Shown: positions 59,162 through 64,000 of the stretch, piece by piece
How the letters are laid out: the number at the start of each line of letters is the position of its first letter
How positions within the stretch are numbered: position 1 is the first letter of the stretch
Assembly: GCA_035606845.1 (NCBI GenBank)
Contig: DATNEA010000072.1
Span: 24,234 to 88,233, forward strand
DNA from: Candidatus Angelobacter sp.
GTDB taxonomy: Bacteria; Verrucomicrobiota; Verrucomicrobiia; Limisphaerales; DASXHY01
DNA length: 64,000 bases
Reading direction: 5' to 3'
The notes under the pieces: generated by a model
Database searches by the model: none
Told to the model about the DNA's origin: nothing
What the model saw: only the letters and a program-made list of their open reading frames with translations
Position numbers and translations under genes: made by a program

Positions 59162-60175
59162 TTACTTCAACTCCCCCGCCAACTGCTGTCCCAATTCCGC
59201 CGCTTCCTTAATCGCCCGCTTCGCCTCCGCACGCCGCATCGGGCCGCTTGCAAACGAAATTGCCTGCATCCGCAGTTGTTCACCCACCACCTCCGCATAC
59301 GCCGCCACGGGACTCTGGCAACCGCCGCCCATGCCGGCCAGGAACGCCCGTTCCGCCGTCACGCACTGAAACGTATTAAAATGATTCAACCGCTCGCAAA
59401 TTTTTGAAATGCGCTCATCGTTCGCGCGAATCTCAACTCCAATCGCCCCCTGGCCGACTGCCGGCAGCATCACCTCCAAATCCAGCACCGACGCCAAAAT
59501 CCCGTCCGGCACCGCATCGCCATGCAATTTGCCATCAGCCGAAATCGTAAAATTCAGCCGCAAAAGCCCCGCCAGCGCCAACACCGTGCCATCCAGTTCG
59601 GCGCGATCGGCCACTTTCTGCATTCGCGTGGGGACGTTCCCGCGAATTTCCACCACGTTCAAATCCGGCCGCGCCGTCAGCAATTGCGCCTTGCGCCGCG
59701 TGCTGCTTGTCGCGATGGTTGCGCCCTTCGGAAAATCCTTCAGCGTGCTGTTCGCCTTCAATCCCTTCAACGCCGCCTGTCCCGGCGTCCATTCCTCCTT
59801 CTGATGATTCGCCGGGTTCGCGAAATATTCCGCGTCGCGGTAAATCAGCACATCGCGCACATCCGCGCGTTTTGACGTGGCCACCAGCGCCAGTCCCGCC
59901 GGCAATTCCGTCGGCAAATCCTTCAAGCTGTGCACCGCGATGTCCGCGTGTCCCTTCACCAGCGCCACTTCCAGTTCCTTCGTGAACAAACCCTTCGGCA
60001 ACCCGCCGTCCACCTTCATTGAAGCCTTTTGCAACTTGTCGCCCGTGGTCTTGATGATCTTCAGCTCAAACCGCAGCCTCGGAAAAATCCGCCGGCACTC
60101 GGCAGCAATCAAATTGGACTGGGCCAACGCCAGCGCGCTTCCCCGTGTGCAAATGATGATGGGTTTTTCCGGCAT
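59162..60175 (-). CDS. hemC: Hydroxymethylbilane synthase
   Basis: TRGSALALAQ, TTGD, KGLFTKELE, VHSLKD, TSSTRR, IRGNV, GGCQSP. Confidence 0.97.
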   Translation of the reverse strand: MPEKPIIICTRGSALALAQSNLIAAECRRIFPRLRFELKIIKTTGDKLQKASMKVDGGLPKGLFTKELEVALVKGHADIAVHSLKDLPTELPAGLALVATSKRADVRDVLIYRDAEYFANPANHQKEEWTPGQAALKGLKANSTLKDFPKGATIATSSTRRKAQLLTARPDLNVVEIRGNVPTRMQKVADRAELDGTVLALAGLLRLNFTISADGKLHGDAVPDGILASVLDLEVMLPAVGQGAIGVEIRANDERISKICERLNHFNTFQCVTAERAFLAGMGGGCQSPVAAYAEVVGEQLRMQAISFASGPMRRAEAKRAIKEAAELGQQLAGELK

Positions 60176-60427
60176 GATCTAGGTCAGCATTCAAAAGTTT
60201 ACCCGCCGCTGGAATGAGTCGACGATGAATGGATTTCAAAACCGTTCCAAAGTTTCACCCTCTCCTGTGAGGGGGAATTCTCCGAAATGAAATTCGCGCT
60301 TTGAACCCCGAACCATGACATATCGATCGCCATAGTCGACGAGAGGCGCTGGAGCAAGTTCTCCCTCTCCCATCGGATGGGAGAGGGCAGGGGTGAGGGC
60401 GGAGGTCCATACCATATTGAACGGCCT

Positions 60428-61510
60428 TCATGCCGACCCTTTCGATTTGGAATCACGAAACACGGGACACGGAACACTCACCGTCGTCCCCGGTAAATTC
60501 GCTCCAATATTCCCAACCAACGGCTTCGCTTTTTCGATGATGATCTTCTCGCAGCGGGCGATTTCCTCTTTTCGCTGCTGCAAATAGTCCTCGGCAATGG
60601 CTTGGAGATCATCGATATTGTAGAGGTAAACATTCGGCATGATGTTCACTTCCGGATCAATGTCGCGCGGCACCGCGATATCCACCAGCAGCAACGGCCG
60701 ATTTTTGCGAAGCTTCATCAATGGCTCCAATTTCGCCCGCGTCAAAATATGATGGGGCGCCGCCGTGCTGCTGATGACGATATCGACCTGCCCGAATTCA
60801 TTCGACCAATCGTCAAAGTTCACCGCGCGTCCGCCGAATTCCGCGGCCAGCGCCTGTGCGCGATCAAATGAGCGGTTGGCCACCACGATGCTCCTCGCCC
60901 CGCGCGAAAGCAGGGCGCGCGCGGTCTTCTCGCTCGTGTCACCGGCCCCGATCACCATCACGTGCCGATTTTCCAGCGACGAAAAAATCTTCTCTGCCAG
61001 CTCCACCGCCACCGAACCCACCGAAATACTTCCGCGCTGAATGCTCGTCTCGGTGCGGACATGCTTGGCCACGTTGAACGCGCGCTGAAACGCCTTGTTC
61101 AATCGCGGTCCGGTATGCCGATGTTGCAGCGCGAGGTCGTAAGCCTTTTTCAACTGCCCCAAAATCTCCGTCTCGCCCAGCACCATCGAATCCAGCCCGC
61201 AGGCCACCTTGAACAGATGGTAAACGCTCTGCGGTTCGTTCAGCGTGTAAATCTCATCCGTGAGCGGATCGCGATAGTTGTGGCACTTCACCAGAAATTG
61301 TTTCAATTCCTCGAAGGCTTTGGCCGATTCGAGCGGCGTCGAAACGTAAAGCTCCACGCGGTTGCAGGTCGAAAGAATCACCGCCTCGTCCGCAATCCCT
61401 TCGTCGCGCAGCAACTGGAGCACGGCCGGCACGCGCGCCTCGCCAAAAGCAAACCGCTCCCGCAATTCCACGGGTGACGTATGATGGCTTAGGCCGAGGA
61501 CGACGATCAT
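60428..61510 (-). CDS. hemA: Glutamyl-tRNA reductase (short form)
   Basis: LSTCNRVELY, GLDSMVLGETEILGQ, IGAG, DIAVPRD. Confidence 0.97.
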   Translation of the reverse strand: MIVVLGLSHHTSPVELRERFAFGEARVPAVLQLLRDEGIADEAVILSTCNRVELYVSTPLESAKAFEELKQFLVKCHNYRDPLTDEIYTLNEPQSVYHLFKVACGLDSMVLGETEILGQLKKAYDLALQHRHTGPRLNKAFQRAFNVAKHVRTETSIQRGSISVGSVAVELAEKIFSSLENRHVMVIGAGDTSEKTARALLSRGARSIVVANRSFDRAQALAAEFGGRAVNFDDWSNEFGQVDIVISSTAAPHHILTRAKLEPLMKLRKNRPLLLVDIAVPRDIDPEVNIMPNVYLYNIDDLQAIAEDYLQQRKEEIARCEKIIIEKAKPLVGNIGANLPGTTVSVPCPVFRDSKSKGSA

Positions 61511-61591
61511 GAGAATAGTGGCACGGGCGTCCCGCCCGTGCGAATCCTCGCCGGTTCTCGAAACTCGAAACTCGAAACTCGAAACATAGTT

Positions 61592-62425
61592 TTACGGATG
61601 ATGCAACGGAGAGAGCAGGGTGGTGCCCCAAAATGTCAGCGCCAGGAACGCAAACACCGCGATCACTCCCACCGCGAACCGCCGGCCCGATTGCGCAAAA
61701 CGCCAGCGCGAAACCAGCAGCCCCAGGTAAATCGCCCATAACAGGATCGCCCACGGGACCTTCGGATCGTTGAACAGCGGCTTGTTCTCCTTCTCGGCGA
61801 TATCTCCGCCCAGCGCCAGGCTCACCGTCAGCAAAGCAAACCCGGCCAGCACCAGCCGCCCCGTGATCACTTCCAGTTTTTGAATCGGCGGCAGCAGCGA
61901 AAGCATCGCGCGCATTTTGTGAAATTTCAAATTGTGTTCCTGCGTCAAAAACATCACCCCCGCCACCGCCGCCAGGCCAAACGCTCCAAACGCCAGCAGC
62001 GCGAGCGCCGCGTGCAAACTCGTCGGCGCGCCGCTGAATTGTGGTGTCGCCGCGTGCCTGTCCAGTTCCGGCATCAGCGCGAACACTCCCATCGCAAACA
62101 GCACCGGCGACGCAAACGCCCCCAAAAATCGCAGCCGCGCCCACAATCCAAAGGCCAAATACGCCGCCACAATCGTCCACGCGATGAAGGTCGTGGCCTC
62201 GTACAGATTGTTCACCGGGCAATGTTTCAAATCGAACCCGCGCAACATGATTGCCGCCGTATGCAGCCCGAAGGCCACGAGCAGGAGGAAATAATTGATC
62301 CAGTTATCCTGGCGAAACCCTTTGCGCCAAAGGAAAACCGAATAAATCGTGCTGATGCCGTAAATAATGACGGCCAGCAGGAAAAAATGCCGGTCAAGAT
62401 GGGGGTCTTGGTTGGTGAACCACAC
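61592..62425 (-). CDS. Cytochrome c assembly protein CcsA/HemX-like
   Basis: Multi-TM; CPVNNLYE, LHAAL, NDPKV; upstream of hemA. Confidence 0.85.
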   Translation of the reverse strand: MWFTNQDPHLDRHFFLLAVIIYGISTIYSVFLWRKGFRQDNWINYFLLLVAFGLHTAAIMLRGFDLKHCPVNNLYEATTFIAWTIVAAYLAFGLWARLRFLGAFASPVLFAMGVFALMPELDRHAATPQFSGAPTSLHAALALLAFGAFGLAAVAGVMFLTQEHNLKFHKMRAMLSLLPPIQKLEVITGRLVLAGFALLTVSLALGGDIAEKENKPLFNDPKVPWAILLWAIYLGLLVSRWRFAQSGRRFAVGVIAVFAFLALTFWGTTLLSPLHHP

Positions 62426-62590
62426 AGTGACAGGTTAATTTACCCCTGATTTCAGGCAAGCTGGAATTAGGGCTGAAATCCGAATACCGAATCCGAAATC
62501 CGATTAATCTGCCTTCAACGCTCTCTGGCCGATCTCTTTCGGTTTTCGGACTTCGGATTTCTTTCGGATTTCGGATTTCGAGTTTCGGAA

Positions 62591-63988
62591 TTAGGGCTGC
62601 CCCCCACTCAAATCCGCCGGAAATTTACCCTGCATCGTCGGAATCACTTGCGTCGGACATTTCCCGCCCGCATCCGCCAGCCCCGCCGCGATGCCCGTCG
62701 CATACGCCGTCGACGTCGAAGTCCCCGTCACCGCCCACGATTGCCCGTCATATGGCACGATGCTCGTTCCCGGCAACAACAGGTCCACGAAACTGCCGCG
62801 GTTCGCGTAATCCGCCACTTGCCCCGGCCCGCTCCCGGCCGTGACCGATTCCACTTCCGGATAGGCCGCCGGATATTCCGGCGTGGTCACCGGCTGATTG
62901 CCCGCCGCGGCGAAAAACACCACGCCTTGCTTGCTCGCATTTTGGATCAACGTATGTAAAAACGTGCTGTCACCCTGGCCGCCGAGGCTCAAATTGATCA
63001 CGTTCGCCCCCGCCTGCACGGCGTCATAAATGCCCGTTGCCACATCATACGTACTCGTCGTCTCGTTCGGCCCATACACATCCACCGACATCATCTTGGC
63101 GGATGTCTGGCCGCTCGTATTCGCCTGCACTGCGCGCCAGATCGTGTCCGCCATCGCGGTTCCATGAGTGAGTTGCGAGCCACTCGTCGCCTTGCCTGCC
63201 ACCGAAATCGAAGGCAGCATCAATTGGTCAAGATTATTTCCCAGCGTTCCAACCGAAGTATCAATCAATCCAATCACCACCTGGCAACTGCTGTCGTTCG
63301 GTGACTTCGGCGTCAAATTGAATTGCGGCGACGCGTTCGCCACACCCAGCGGCACATTCGGTGGTTCCATGGAATAATTATTTTCCACCGCCAGCACGTT
63401 TGGATTGGCCGTGAGGCAATCACGTCCCGCATTCGCCGCCGCTTCGTCCTTGAACTGCACGCGATACGTATTGAGCGCGTTGAGGCGTCCGGTCACGGTC
63501 GCATCCTTGATGCAAGGCAACCCATCGATGCTCGTGCCCGGCTTCAAAGTCACGACTAGCTCGTTCGGGATTTTGCCTGACTTCGCCGTTTTCGAAACCA
63601 GGTCTTCGGGCCGAATCAATTGCGTCGCGCTGCGCCTCGAAGTGCGAAACACGTAAAGATGCAGCGGGCCATTCGTTTGCGGGACCATGGCGAAATTCAA
63701 ATCGCCGAGCAACATCCGCAACGCCTCGCCCGCTGAAAGGTCGGCAAACTTCGTCGAAACCGTGTGCGTCACGTGCGGCTCAAGAAAAATCTCCCAGCCG
63801 GTATGCTTGGCAATTCCCGCGAGGAGCCGCGATACCGGCACCGATTGGATATCGGCGCTGACGATGTTATTATTCGTGTTCCAGTTCAGCGTGTCCGCCG
63901 CCGAAGCGCGAGTATTGGAGAACAACAGCATAAGCGCGCAATTCGCCAGGCACAGCCATCCTCGAAAACAATGTTGCATCAGGCACAA
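62591..63988 (-). CDS. Secreted S8 (subtilase) peptidase; start uncertain
   Basis: LIDT, HGTAMA, INLSLG, AAAGN, YPAAY, GTS catalytic motifs. Confidence 0.88.
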   Translation of the reverse strand: MCLMQHCFRGWLCLANCALMLLFSNTRASAADTLNWNTNNNIVSADIQSVPVSRLLAGIAKHTGWEIFLEPHVTHTVSTKFADLSAGEALRMLLGDLNFAMVPQTNGPLHLYVFRTSRRSATQLIRPEDLVSKTAKSGKIPNELVVTLKPGTSIDGLPCIKDATVTGRLNALNTYRVQFKDEAAANAGRDCLTANPNVLAVENNYSMEPPNVPLGVANASPQFNLTPKSPNDSSCQVVIGLIDTSVGTLGNNLDQLMLPSISVAGKATSGSQLTHGTAMADTIWRAVQANTSGQTSAKMMSVDVYGPNETTSTYDVATGIYDAVQAGANVINLSLGGQGDSTFLHTLIQNASKQGVVFFAAAGNQPVTTPEYPAAYPEVESVTAGSGPGQVADYANRGSFVDLLLPGTSIVPYDGQSWAVTGTSTSTAYATGIAAGLADAGGKCPTQVIPTMQGKFPADLSGGQP

Positions 63989-64000
63989 TATAGCGAAAAC

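Overview
A GC-rich bacterial chromosome segment, most consistent with Verrucomicrobiota (Pedosphaera/Limisphaerales-like). This is inferred from TIGR03790-like, DUF1559/H-X9-DG prepilin-like, short AtpH and two-domain NDK proteins. Core genes: tatD, recN, secA, the F1Fo ATP synthase operon (interrupted by an ORF6N gene), mutT, ndk, a BamA/TamA-family OMP, dsbD plus redoxin, a U32 protein, pdxA/surA, a GH20, and hemC-hemA-ccsA. A SAM-I riboswitch heads a thrC-like/MoaD-ThiS/NIL operon that has a toxin-antitoxin pair inserted in it. A late flagellar cluster (two short flagellins, fliD, lipoprotein, flgM-like, fliS, chaperone-like) carries three sigma28 promoters. A decay hotspot at 34.7-39.1 kb holds a frameshifted VapC, an IS4/IS231-like element with a passenger gene, an IS110 pseudogene and an SDR pseudogene. 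Main unexplained signals: (i) dense families of palindromic REP-like and 7-/9-bp inverted tandem repeats that have also entered coding sequence in frame (2 in recN, 5 in the U32 gene, 1 forming the hemA tail); (ii) a conserved multi-hairpin leader with GGA loops and a conserved 3' hairpin on both flagellin genes; (iii) strong Thr-Asn enrichment in exported proteins; (iv) a probable sulfur-carrier-dependent methionine route. All calls are by-eye motif recognition; no searches were run.
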